From Azolla caroliniana (Eukaryota > Plantae > Polypodiophyta): a stretch of 64,000 nucleotides of DNA. Under the pieces are notes generated by a model. That model did no database searches, was not told the origin of the DNA, and was given only the letters and a program-made list of their open reading frames with translations. Numbering within the stretch: position 1 is the first letter of the stretch; every line of letters starts with the position of its first letter. Made by a program: the position numbers and the translations under genes. This document shows positions 49,631-62,900 of this stretch, piece after piece. The stretch covers positions 1,736,001-1,800,000 of the forward strand of contig JBHGNT010000022.1 in NCBI GenBank assembly GCA_043228905.1, written 5' to 3'.

Positions 49631-50249
49631 CGATTGAATGAATATGGCTTATTGTAAAATTTGAACAATATGAATTGTTAAAATTTGACATAATATATAA
49701 CTTGACCTTATTTATACTTTTTGTGTAACACTCATTGAACTTAGAGATTAAGTATAATTTGTATGTGTACATGTTCTCTAAAGTCTCCTTTATCGTTTGG
49801 GGTATATCGGAGATAAAATTATACTCTATCATTTACTCGTATGATTGGAATGTTATTGTAGACTAGTTTATTTATACATTGATGGTGTCATGTATCAAGT
49901 GTCAATGGAAATTTTCTCTTGACATAGTAGTATCTCTTAATTGCAAGGTTCACAATTTTCTTTAAGATATATTATATATAAATATACACACATAATTAGA
50001 AGAAGTCACTTATTCAATGGGGTATGCTTTTTAGAATATACACAAGGACTCGTATTACTATTATACTTGCGTTGACGAATATACCCCTGTCTAAGATTTG
50101 GACAAAAACATCGTACATAGAATATATGTCGGATGATTTTGTTGACATGATATTAGTTAGTTCTATTTTTCGTTATGTTTTCATAAACCACATATGCATG
50201 CGTCGTGCCAAGATACGACATTCTTTAACATCTCACTAAGATATGAAAA

Positions 50250-53200
50250 AGAGAATGCGACATATTACCTGTTTGAAATGACCCGGTGTTGTAGGTGTTT
50301 GGCTACTTGTTTTCAGGGCGGGGAGGCCGCAATGAGGGAATACTATTGTTGTATGATAGGGCGTAGCTTCTTCCCGTCCTGGAATGCGTGTAGGCCCTCC
50401 CTCAGTGTTGGCCCCGTAATGACTCCCCGGTCAATGGGGCGTCCCTCGAATGTATCAATGATGATGTTTGCTTTTTGCTTTGGCATCCCGTAGGCATTGG
50501 TATGTAGGCAGCCTACTTCTAGCAAGAATTTTGCCACTTCCCGAAAGAATGGGTTCGGGATGTCCCATGTTTTGTAGGCCTTCGCAGAGGTTGAATATTC
50601 TCCGAAATACTGTTCGAGAGCACCTGCAGCCGGAATTTCAACGTGTCATTCGTCGCTCCCGGATAAACCCAGGTTCTTCCTGATGTTGGCGCTTGTGATC
50701 GTGTCGACATTGTGTTTCTTGGCTACTTCGTGTGAATCAGGGTGTGTTGGGGCTTCTGCTACCCTGATGTAGCCTTCTAAGCCCTTCTCGTGTAGTCATC
50801 GTCGTAGAGCCGAGGAGATAAGATCGGCATCGTGGGGATAACGACTCAGGGGTAAGGATTGCAAGTTGATCCATTTGTGGTGGTGCAGGGAGGTTGGGGA
50901 GCAAGGAGAGAGAGGAGAGCGAGAAGAGCAGGGAGCTTGGAAATGTTTTCTGGGATGTGCAGAGAAACACCTGTTGGCTTCTTTTTGTGAGTTAGGGTGC
51001 ATGATTCTATGAATCATTGCGTGGATGCATGTGTTCTTTCTTTCTTCGAAAGTGTGCATGCACAAAGTCCCTTTAATAGTCGTGATTGTCCTACCTTCTT
51101 CTTCTTCTTCTTCTTCTTCTTCTTCTTCTTCTTCTTCTTCTTCTTCTTCTTCTTTCATTTCGTACCTAACGGTTAAGGCTAGGTTTATAGTACATTAATG
51201 TTACATATTTACCCGTGGGTCCCGCTTAATGGTCTTTCCGTAGACCAACGGCCGGATTATATTTATCAGCACGAAACAGATTTGGCGGCATGGGTCCCGA
51301 ATATGGCTTTAATCGAAACCTATTGACTTTTTTACTCAAAACTTCGCTTGCGAGGGTGCCTAGTTTGAATGTCCCATTCTTGGCTCCTATTATCCAATAC
51401 GGCCCTGTCCATCGGAACCGTAGTTTTCCCGGCATTTGTCCCATGTGAGTCTGGAAAACTAAGACGGCTTTCCACCGCCGTTGCTCGTGCTCGAGGATCG
51501 CCATGTTGTGGACCCTGGCTTCACCTAATTCGAGTAGTTGTTGTAACCAAATTTGCTCGGACTAGCCCTCGGATAGCCGTTTACAGACCTATATGCGTAA
51601 GCTTGGTATCTGAATAGACCATTCGCCTGATGGTAATATGGCATATTCTTCTTGTGAACCATGGTGTAATGTTGCGTGAGATCATAAATGACCATATTCA
51701 AGAAATGGCTTCCTTGATTGCTGATGAGCTCGGTCAAACAACCAAAATGGCTGACGAAATCGAGACCCCATTCATGGAAAGGTTCAAGTGGAAGCACTGG
51801 CTGTTGGGGCATCCGTGCTAGCTCTATCGGTTGGCCCATTCGCTGGCAGAGGTCGCACTCTTGGCAGTACATGTATGCATCCCTTTGCGTAGTTGGCTAC
51901 CACAGACCTGCTTGCCACACTTTCTAGTCCGTAACATCCCCCACATAGTGACCCCCTACTATACCGCAGTGAGCTTCTCGTAATACCATGTTTTTCTCGT
52001 CCTGTCATATGCTTCGCCACCAGATGCCATCGCTTCCCTTATGGTATAAGACCTCTTCGACTAGGTAGAAATTCCGCCTCCGCACCGCGAGCCTTTTCTT
52101 TTCGTCTGTTCTTAGATGTGCCGGTGGCAATCTCGTGCTCAAGAAGTATGTCATTTCTATCAGCCACCTATCGGGAAAATTCTTGTTGTCTTTTGTCCTA
52201 GTTGTCACAATACACAATATTTCAGCGTCCAGAAAATTGTCGTGTCTGGGTATTTCTTCGTCGCCATTATCTATCCTGCTTAGATAATCCGCTACTGCGT
52301 GTTGTGCCCTGGCTGATGCTGAATCTCAAATTCAAATTCCTGTAATAGCAACATCCATCTGGCTAGTTTCCCAGTTAATGACTGTTTAGCGACTAGGTAC
52401 AGTAATGCGGTGTGATCCACGTGAAACATGAATTTCTGACCTAATAAATTATGTCAGAATTTATTGACGTTGTAGATCATACCCAGAGCTTCGCGCTCAG
52501 TTGTCGAATAGTTACGTTCCGCATATGATAATTTGCGGCTAGAATAATACACCGATCGGTACCAGCTGGGCTTGGTGAGCTGTATAAGTGTGGTGCCGAT
52601 TGCTATGTCGAAGGCATCGACAAATACATGGAATGGCTTTGACCAGTCTAGTGGCTATACTACGAGTGCTTATGTCAGCATTACTTTTAGTGCTTCGTAC
52701 GCCTTATCCTCTGTTGCCGTCTATTTGTATGGTGTGCGGTGCACCGCGGTGTGAAGAGGGGTTGCGAACTCCACCAAATATCGAAGCATACGGCTGTGCT
52801 AGCAGATTTGTCCCAAAAAATGGCTCAGGGCCTTTGCATTACTTGGGGTTTTAGCTTCGATAATGGCCTTGATTTTGTTGGGATCCATTGCGATACCATC
52901 CTTGCTCACTATATGCCCTGAGAAGGGTTCCACTTGTGACCCCGAACGCGCACTTGGCTGGGTTGAGGCTGAGGTGCAAAGTACGACATCCTTCCAAACA
53001 TAGCCTTAGATGGCTCAAGTGATCCGCTCGTGTCCCATAGACCACAAAGTCTTCGAGGAAGACTTGCATGAACGTCGGCATGAAGTCGCCAAAAATCTCC
53101 ATAATGGTGCGTTGAAACGTGGCTAGGGGTGCTCGTTAGTCTGAACATCATTACCATAGCTACAAAGACTCCCCATTTAGTTACAAAAGCAGTTTTTTCC

Positions 53201-54441
53201 TAATCCTCCGAGTGCATACGCACTTGGTTATACCTGCTAAATCCATCCAGAAAACTATACATGTCGTGGCCTATGATTGCGTCTAGTACGCTATCCGTAA
53301 ATGGCAAGAGAAATGTGTTGGTGATTGTGACTGCATTTAACTTGCGGTAGTCGACACACACACGTATTTTGCCATTTTTCTTCGAGAAGATCACTATTGG
53401 GCTAAGCCATCCAGAAAACTATACATGTCATGGCCTGCGATTGCGTCTAGTACGCTATCCGTAAATGGCAAGAGAAATGTGTTGGTGATTGTGACTGCAT
53501 TTAACTTGCGGTAGTCGACACACACACGTATTTTGCCATTTTTATTCGAGAAGATCACTATTGGGCTAAGCCATATCGCTTGTTTGACCGGCCGAAGAAA
53601 CCCAACTTTCAAAAGCTTGTCAATTTCCTCTTTTATGCGTGCCGCGTAATTTTGGTTCATGCGATAACGTCTTTGTTGAACTAGTTTTGCATCCATGGCC
53701 ACGTTAATTTTGTGCTGGTAGAATTTCGAGTCTAGCCCTTTCATGTCTTCATGCAACCATGTGAAGATATCCTTAAACTCCTGTATGTGGTCTCCACATG
53801 TGTTGTTTGTTCTTCCCGGGTTCGTTGAAACTACCTGCTGTTGCGGGGCTTCAGGTGATACTCTCGACGCCTATCATGGAATTGTTCCTCCTTCGAGCTT
53901 TCCTCGTTATTACGTTGGTTCCGTGATTGGCAGTTGCCCCCGTACGTACGGGGCACCGTCTATCCACCGCGATTGTTGGTGGTACGTTGGTTATCATAGT
54001 GGTGCCCTCCCCAAGGATTTTAGTAGTCATTGCACAAATACTCCCCTTCTTCTTGCTGCTCTTCGTCAGAATAAGGGTCGTCGTCGCGATGATGGCGGTG
54101 CGGCCTTCTCGTACGCTAATTCTGCTCCGTGTTACGGTACCGCTCCTCCTACCCGCCTTGGTCGTTATGGCAGTAGTGTCTCTATGGTTCTATACGGCGG
54201 ACTGACAATGTTGGCCTATTCAACATGTTATATTCACACTGGTCCACCGTGTATGCCCAGGAGTGACAAATGGGGCGATGTATCTGCATATTACAATACC
54301 GCGAAGTGCCCTGAGTTCAAGCAGATCGTGCATTGAATGGCCTAGCGAAAATGGTATTCCTCGTCCCTGGGTAGTACCTCTAGTAGTGATGCCATAGACA
54401 AGCCCTCGTCCTCCTCTTCTAGGTCAATTTACAACGCCCAT
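50250..54441 (-). mobile_element. Degenerate non-chromoviral Ty3/gypsy (Athila/Tat-like): RT-RH-INT plus 3' extra ORF
   Basis: IRVCVDYRKLN, YSFLDGFSRYNQ, WGLDF, GKLRFRWTGPYWI. Confidence 0.85.
51095..51153 (+). repeat. (CTT)n microsatellite
   Basis: About 19-20 perfect CTT units. Confidence 0.95.
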
Positions 54442-56970
54442 TGTCATGTGGTTTTTCACACACAATATAAAAACTACTAAAATAATTATTTAAGATTAGC
54501 TTAATGCATTGATATGGAAAGATAGATGTCTTCAAGAGTTTCATAATGTATTTTACTACGCGTGAAATGGATAAACAAGTATCAAGTTATGTGAGTGTGA
54601 AGTTTGAGAAGATTGGGAAAAACAATACTGTGAGATATCCCACATAGATAGGACAACATTGGATCCCATATTATATAAGGAGAGCCAGAACCTATTACTT
54701 TATGTCTATGTGTGAAACATAGAATGTTCAAGGTGACTTGGGCTTAATTGTGTCGATGAATGTCTCAAATGATTTTGGGTCACCACGTACGGCCCGGTCG
54801 GGACGCGCGTGTGCAGGCGCGCGTGCGGATGCGTACACGGCCTGGTCGAGACTCGCATGTGTGCGAGCACGTGCGCAGATGCGTACACGGCTCAATCGGG
54901 ACACGTGTGTGTGTGGGTGCACACGTAGATATGTACACTACGCGGTGAGGACGTGCGCGGATGCGTACACTGCGCGGTCGGGACTTGCGCGTGCGGACGC
55001 GTCTACGGTTTGGTTGCAACGCACATATAGATTGCGTACGGGCTAAACTTTATGGATGATTGGGTCATTTGGCCGAATTATACGGACGGTCGCATGCATC
55101 TACAAGCCAAGGCCATGCAACTAAAAATGGAAGCATGCAACTAAAAGTGGATAGCAAAGTAACATTGGGAAGGGGGATCAATAAAGAGCTGAATATATGT
55201 CTCATTTTTTCCCTCTAGTTTTTTTTTCTTCTTCTCTCTCTGATTCCTAAAAACAAATATCTCTCATATTGATATCAAACTCAGGGTTTGGCTTGCTTGG
55301 CTGGCTCAATCTTTCTTGTCAAAAAAATTATCTCTCATATTCATATTGGACCATTCCTTATAAGGTTGTTGGCTCCTTTCTTTAAAGAATTAATCTCTCA
55401 TTTTCATATCCAATCCATTGTAACATGATTCTAAGTTTATAAAGAATCGATTTCTTTTGCAATATACGAATGTTTCCTCTCACCTACTTGTCTTATATGT
55501 GAACCTTGCTTGTGTTTTGCGTGTGTGTACTAACTCCTTCCAGTCCATAACCCCGGCAGTTCTGTCTCATGATCCGCACATAGTGATGGATTCTCACGAC
55601 ATAATTAAGTGGTGAACCCGACGTGAAAGAGGCGGTAGAGAGGATCTCAAGTACAACGATGGCTTCGACAAGCGGAACTCAAGGAGACGAATTAACGAAA
55701 GGTATGGTGTCCGTAGTGGAATACATGTTGAAGGTGAGAGATCGAGAAGCTTTAATCAACAAAGTTGTTGATCGTACGGTCGAGATAGCTGGATAATATG
55801 GTGGTAAGAACATCATGGATTTTCTTGCTACCTATCGGAACGAGATGAAGTAGAGGGATGTCAACGATCTCAAACAAATTTCTATCTTCAAACGTGTAGT
55901 GGAACCAGGGAGCCACAAGCATGTCATGGAGATCCAAAACGAGTACACAACTTGGGTGGTGTTCGAAAAGGCACTTCTTGCTGAATACATGCTTGAAGAT
56001 GCGTCACGGATGACTCGGCATACGCTAATGACGTGGATCAAGAAGAAAGGGAAGAATATGTGTGTGTTTCGAGTATATGTTGAATTCGACTAGAAGTACA
56101 ACCGACTTCCGAGTGTTGATAACGGACTAGTCGGCGGTGAAGAAGGCTTGTTGTCGTCTTGATAAGCATCGGCAATGGAAAGAGGAAACTGATATGGAGA
56201 ATCCACAATTGTGGAGGAGGAAGGTGCCTATGACGATCAAGCCTAGCAAGTCGATCAACAATTTCGACAAGAAAGCAATGGAAGAATCCATAATCGAAGA
56301 GCTCTCCAAGAAGTTTGAAGTGGTATCGTTGGCCAACTTAGGTCGACGCGGGCCCAAGGGAAAAGAAGCGTATAGATGTGTGTGGTGCGACAACTTCGAG
56401 CACTCGCGAAGGGAGTGCACTGACTTGCAAGACGCGATTCACAAGAACGTCGTCTATTTGGACAGCAACATGATTCATTCGAGCGAGACCCGAAAGCCAC
56501 TACGAGTGAACTTCGGAAGAGGCGGGCTGAAAAAGTTCGTGGAAGAGGAAGATGCAAGGCATGTAGAAGCCATGCACTATGCCACATCGGCCGGGATACG
56601 AGTTGGAAGAGAGAATCTAAAGACGATCAAGTCGGGAGATGGGTTTTGGCCAACGGTATTTGAGTGCGAAAAGAAAGGAAAAATCGATTTGGAGGATCTA
56701 CAACTTTTTGATCGGAATGTCCGACAAGTTACCGGATGGTCGGATCCAATCAACGATAACACGAGCTTTGCGGAGGTTGTGTGCGAAAACTATGAAGCTC
56801 TTGTCGAAGAGAAGAGGAAAAGAACCGGTGAAGAAGATGGCACATCAAAGCGTCACAATACGAGGAATGCAGGGAAAGAAGGACAAACCCAACCTACGCC
56901 ATGAAAAGAGATAGGAGAAACAAGCATGAAGCCCGGTGGATCGAGCCAACCTTCTCGGATGGAAGTCGAT
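54442..56970 (+). mobile_element. 5' part of a probable gypsy LTR element: 1.16-kb LTR (54442-55601), tRNA-Trp PBS, degenerate gag
   Basis: TG...CA LTR with a CG/CA-rich repeat; PBS TGGTGAACCCGACGTGAA (55610-55627); gag knuckle CVWCDNFEHSRREC. Confidence 0.85.
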
Positions 56971-57851
56971 TGTTGAGCAGCAAGCTCAACCGGATCCGGA
57001 TCGGCTGAATAAGCTTGAGCCGGATCGGCATCCGGAAGGATGAGCCGGATCAGTGACCTGGTGAACTAGGGAGCCGGTTAGCCAGATCCAGCAATAACCG
57101 GAAGCTTAGTAACAACCTAGGCTACTAGGTACTTAATGTCTCGTAGTTAGTGTCAGACGCTCGTGTGAGCATTGAAGTACACCGTACTTCTGTCAATCCG
57201 TATGGACTTGTATAAAAGTGTTCACTGAACACATACGATGTACAGATTGAGTAATATTTCTGAATTGAGTTTCTGTGTGCTCTCTCTCTCTAACTCTCCC
57301 GCATACTATGTATATTCTAAGCTCTCCATTAAACGTGAGTTTCTGTGTTCCGTTTTCTATTGCTTCCGCACGCTATTCTTCCAGTACCAAAGATGACGAC
57401 GGTTCGCGTGGTACTGATGGTTGTTGTGGCAAGGGGATGACATCTTCACCAAATGGATGTGAAGAATGTGTTTCTTCAAGGTGACCTTGAAGAACAGGTC
57501 TATATGATCCAACCCCTCAGTTTACAATCGGAGATGAACAAGTCGGCAGTGTGCCGACTCAAAAAGTTGCTTTACGGTCTGAAGCAAGCCCCTCGAGCTT
57601 GGAATGAGAAGATCACGCAATGGTTGTGTAAGATGGGGTTTGCGGCCTCAAAGTCCGCGAAGGTCTCGTCGTAGTCAATTCCGTGGGTTTGTGTGTATCT
57701 ATTCGCCACTAACCGGGCCTTGTACCGGTTGACCGAACCGTCACCGTTGTACTTTACCTTGTACACCCATTTGCAACCAATCAGTTTACACTATTAGGGT
57801 GGGTCAACCAAGTCCCATGTGTTGTTGGCATCTAGTGCCCGCATTTCTTCC
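56971..57851. mobile_element. Copia LTR (56971-~57383) followed by two RT fragments in opposite orientations
   Basis: LTR start TGTTGAGCAGCAAGCTCAA; + strand PVPKMTTVRV...QMDVKNVFLQGD; - strand [23 protein letters not shown]. Confidence 0.8.
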
Positions 57852-58213
57852 TGTTGAGCGGCAAGCTCAACCGGAGCCGGATCGGCTGAATAAGCCTAAG
57901 CCGATAAGCGAGAGTAATCGGTATGCCGGTGAGCAACCGAGCCAGTGAGCATTAAGGACTAGTAAGCGAGAGGAGCCGGTATGCCGGATCCAATCCGTAA
58001 CCGGAAGCTTAGTATAGGTTAGACTACTAGGCAGTTATAGTCTCGTAGTTAGTGTCAGATGCTCGTGTGAGCATTGAAGTACATCGTACTTCTAACAGTC
58101 CCGTGTGGACTTGTATAAATAGCATTGATGAGCACGTTGTAGATACAGAGCACAGAGTATTCCTATAATTTTGAAAAATAGTGTGTTTTGCTCTCTCTCA
58201 CTGTCTCTCCCGC

Positions 58214-58274
<61 letters not shown>

Positions 58275-58585
58275 TGTTCTTTCTAACTCTTCCGCAGGCA
58301 ATCCTTTACATGGTATCAGAGCGTGTGGGTTGAGAACCTCTGCTACAGAAATCTACGCTTGTGAAGGAAACCCTAACAGATCGGAAAGCAGACACAAAGG
58401 AGAAATGGACAGAGGTATGGCTATATCGCTCCTAGTGGAGAAGCTCGACAGAACCAACTACGCATCTTGGTCATACAAGATGCACTAGTACCTGCTTGGG
58501 CATGGCTACTGGAGTTATGTTGACAGAGTGAACGACTCAGCAACGGACACGTCACACAAGGACTTCCCAGTGTGGGAACAAGCGG
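57852..58585 (+). mobile_element. Copia 5' LTR (57852-58310), PBS and gag start, interrupted by an LTR insertion
   Basis: PBS TGGTATCAGAGCG at 58311; gag MDRGMAISLLVEKLDRTNYASWSYKMH. Confidence 0.88.
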
Positions 58586-59949
58586 TGTCGTGAAAATCCG
58601 TCACTATGTGCGGATCGTGAGGCGGAACCGCCGGGGTTCTGGACTAGAAGGATTTAGTGCAACACGTACAACACAAGCAAGTTTTAAGCATAAGACAAGT
58701 GGGAGAGACAAATCATTTGTTTATTGCAAAAGAAAATCGATTCTTTATAATTTCAGAATCGTGTTACAATGGGTTGGGTATGGAAATGAGAGATTAGTTT
58801 TTCAAAGAAAGGAGCCAACAACCATGCAAGGAGTGGTCCGATATGAATACGAGAGATAATTTTTTACCAGAAAGCTCAAGTCAACAAAGCTAAGAGTTTG
58901 ATATCAATATGTGAGATAATTTTCTTCTTGAATCCGAGAGGGAAGAAGAAAGAAGGGGAAAAAAAAAGAAAAAAAAACTAGGAGGGAAAAAATGGGACAT
59001 ATATCAAGCTCCTCGTTGATCCTCCTCCCCAATGTTACTTTGCATGCCCACTTTTAGTCGGATGGCCTCTATTTTTAGCTGCATGGCCTCTGCTTTTAGT
59101 CGCATGCTTCCATTTTTAGATGCATGCCTTTTTACTTTTAGTTGCATGGCCTTGGCTTGTGGTTGCATGCGATTGTCCGTATAATTCGGCCAAATGACAC
59201 AATCATCCATAAAGTTTAGCACATGAGCAATCCGTACGTGCGTCGCAACCAAACCGTAGACGTGTCAGCGCACAAAAGTCTTGACCACGTAGTAGTGTAC
59301 GCATCGAGGCATGCGAACGTCCCGACTGCGCCGTAGTGTACGCATCCACGCGCACGCGCGTCCAACCCGCACCGTATACGCATCCGCGCACAAAAGTCTC
59401 GTCCGCGCCATAGTGTACGCATCCACGCATGCGCACACACGCATCTGCGCCGCACATACGCGTCCGTCCGAAACGTCCACGGGTACATCCACGCATGTGC
59501 GCGTGCACACACACATGTCCGCACGCTCATCCACACATACGCGTCCGTCCGAAACGTCCACGCATACGCCGGAAACTTGCACACGCGCGTACATCCAAAG
59601 ATGTCCATGCACACGTACTTCTGAAAACGTCCACGTGGCCATGTAGACGCGCGTACGCCCCAAGCATGCACACCACATAGTGTAGCCCAAGTCACCTTGA
59701 ACATCCTATGCTCCACACATTGATAGAACAAATATGTTTTGGTTTCCCTTATATATTCTGGGTTCCAATGTTGTCCTATCTATGTGGGATATCTCACAAT
59801 TTTGTCTTTTCTTTTCTTTTCTTCAAACTTCACACTCACATAACTTGATACTTGTTTATCCGTTTTATACGTAGTAAAATACGCTATGAAGCTCTTTAAC
59901 ACATCTATCTTTCCATATCCATATATTAAGCTAATCGTAAATAATTATT
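58586..59949 (-). mobile_element. Second copy of the 54442-family LTR, in reverse orientation
   Basis: TGTCGTGAAAATCCGTCACTATGTGCGGATC is the reverse complement of the 55601 LTR end; the copy is co-linear until cut by the copia at 59950. Confidence 0.88.
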
Positions 59950-62900
59950 TGTTGAGAGACAAGCTCAACATCGGCCGGATCGGCTGAAGAAGCCGAGGAC
60001 CCGATCGGTTGGGACCGATCACTTAGGCCGAGTGCATAAACCGGGAGGCCGTTAAGAAAGATATTCCATGAGGAATATATTTGGCAGTTAGTGTAGGAAC
60101 TCTTAATGAGCATTGAAGTACTGTTAGTACTTCGGTCAGTCCTTCTAGGCCTTGTATAAAAGTGCTTACTGAGCACGTCTTATGTACAGATTGAGTATTA
60201 TTGTTGAATATAGTTTTTTGTGTTTTCTCTCTTTGTCTCTCCCGAGTATACTCCGTAAGCTCAAGCTCTCCATTGAACCTGAGTTTCCTTCCTTCTGTTC
60301 AGTCTTCATACTTGCTTCCGCACGTTACTTTCTACATGGTATCAGAGCGCGAGGGTTGAGAACCTCTCTACAGCCGACACAGCTTGACGAAGAAGAACAA
60401 GAAGAACGATGGATAGAGGCATGGCGAGCTCGCTTCCAACAGAGAAGCTCGACAAAACCAACTACGCGTCTTGGTCCTACAAGATGCATCAGTACCTGCT
60501 CGGGCACGGCTACTGGAGTTATGTCGAAGGAGCTAATGACGCGGCACCCGAATCGACACACAGAGACTTTCCGTCGTGGGAGCCATCGGCGAGCAGGGTA
60601 TTATATTGCTTCGCGTCGTGTGTGGGCGAACAACTATTGAGCTATGTCTGGGATGCAAACACGCCGAAGGGTGCGTGGGAAAATCTGTAGAAGATCTTCG
60701 CCGCGAGCACCACAGCCAGGAAGCTTCAGCTCCGACAAGAGTTGAGCAACCTACGACAATGCGACTTGTCGGTGGCGGACTATACCTCGAAGATCAAGGA
60801 TATCTGCGACTCCCTCGCCTCCATAGAGGTGAACATCGAGGAGAGCGAGATGGTCCAGATCTGTCTCGGAGGTTTGGCGTCGAAGTTCGGAGCGTTCCGA
60901 ACGGTTGTGTGTACCCGAGAGAATACGCCGTCCTTTTTCGACTTACAGTCGATGCTCCTGGTAGAGGAGAACCATGCGGGTGCGTCTACAAGCACGCACA
61001 CCGATAGCAGAATACTGTACACGGAGGGAGATAGGCCCCGTCGATGTGGAGGATGAGGCGAGTCGGCACGCAATGGAGGCGGCCGACGAGATCAAGAAAG
61101 AAGGCACCGAAGTGATGCCAACAGCAACTTCGGACCCTCCGGAAACAAGGGGAGTCGAAGCGATGAGAACCGGCAAGGGAAGTCCATCGCGGAGTGCTGG
61201 TACTGTGGCAAGAAAGGCCACAAGGAAAGTGAGTGCTGGAAGAAGCGCGCCGATTCGGAGAGAACTGGTTCCAGGAACAGCTCCAGACATACCGACAAGG
61301 GAAATCGGCAGCGATCGCACTACGCCGAAGACTCCGGGAGAGCCAGAGAAGGGACTGCCTTCGGGACGAGACACGAAGCAAACTCAATGAAGCAGACCAC
61401 CCCGAGATCGGACGAGGTGTGGTACGTAGACTCCGGCGCGTCAAACCACATGACGAGCCATAAGGAGTGGTTCTTGTACCTTGAAAAACCGATACAACCT
61501 GGAGTAGTCGCAAGAGGAGACGACACTCCGCATCCGATCGCGAATGTCAGAGAAGTTCCCCTTAGCCATGTCGGGCAGAAAGGGAAACTCATGAACGTGC
61601 TGCACGTTCCGACAATCACGAAAAACTTGGTCTCGGTCGGACAGATCGTCGACCAAGGGATGGAGGTTCGGTTTACACACCTCGGGTGCTTCATTGAGGA
61701 AGAAGGCCGTGTGATTGCGCAAGGGCGCAGAGACGGGAGGATGTTCATCCTCGACTCCACTGACGGCGGCACCGCAATGTCCGCGAAGGGACAAAAGACC
61801 GAGTCGGACATCGACTTGTGGCACAAGCGGATAGGCCACGTCAACCACCAACGGCTTCAAGATCTGCAATCGAAACAGGTAGTATTCGGATTGCCCAAAT
61901 TTAGTGGCCTAAAGGCACAAATTTGTGAAGCCTGCCAGCTCGAGAAGCAACACCGACTTCCCTTCCCCAACGAGCGAAACCGGAGCCGGAACAAACTCGA
62001 CTTTATACACTTCGATGTGTGGGGGCCGGCACAAAACGTTAGTCTTGGTGGGAGCCGATATTTCGTCTCCTTCATCGACGACCACACGCGGCACACGTGG
62101 ATCTACCTCATTGAGAGGAAGAGCGAAGTCTTCGACTATTTCCGGGACCTCAAAGGGTTTGTGGAAACCAAAACGGGACGAAAGATCAAGTCCCTGCGGT
62201 CGGATGGCGGGAAAGAGTACTTTTCCGGTCAATTCAACGGTTACCTACAACAAATGGGAATTCGCCGCGAATTCAGTTATAGATACACGCCGGAGCAGAA
62301 CGGCGTGGCAGAGAGAAAGAATCGGTCGATTGTGGAAGCGGCACGGGTGATGCTGGAGGAGAAGAGCTTGCCCAAATTCTACTGGGCCGAGGCAGTAAGG
62401 ACCGCAGTATACATCCAAAACCGGATCGGAGACAAAGTGTCGGCGCACGAGCTATATTTCGGAACGAAGCCGAACTTGCGACACTTGAGGGTGTTCGGTA
62501 GCATTGCGTATGTACATATACCGAAGGAGAAAAGGAGGAAGCTGGATGCAAAGGCCGAGAAATGCATCTTGGTCGGTTACTCGGACGAGCAGAAGGGTTA
62601 TAAGTGCTATAACCCTCGCACCAAACAAGCGCGTGTCAGCCACGACGTGGTGTTTGATGAGTCTGCGTCCTGGTACCTGCCCCCGACTACGAACCTAGAC
62701 TCCAATCCGAGTTCTGACTATGAGGTCAGCGAGGCCGAGATGCCTCCGAATGAGCCCGAAATTGAGACCCGCGAAGAGAGTCCGATTTCACTCCGGTTAA
62801 GTGGACCGATTGGACGACTGAGTCGGTACGACCAGTCCGATGAAGAGCCGGCGAGTAGTGGAGACTCGGCCGTGCATTCCCCGCGCAGGAAGTCGAGGAG

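Noticed and set aside
50343-50537. IIIDT motif suggesting another SAM synthetase fragment
   Set aside because: The surrounding residues do not match SAMS, and the position fits a retroelement accessory ORF.
50796-51158. Poly-Glu ORF
   Set aside because: Product of a (CTT)n microsatellite in a TE spacer.
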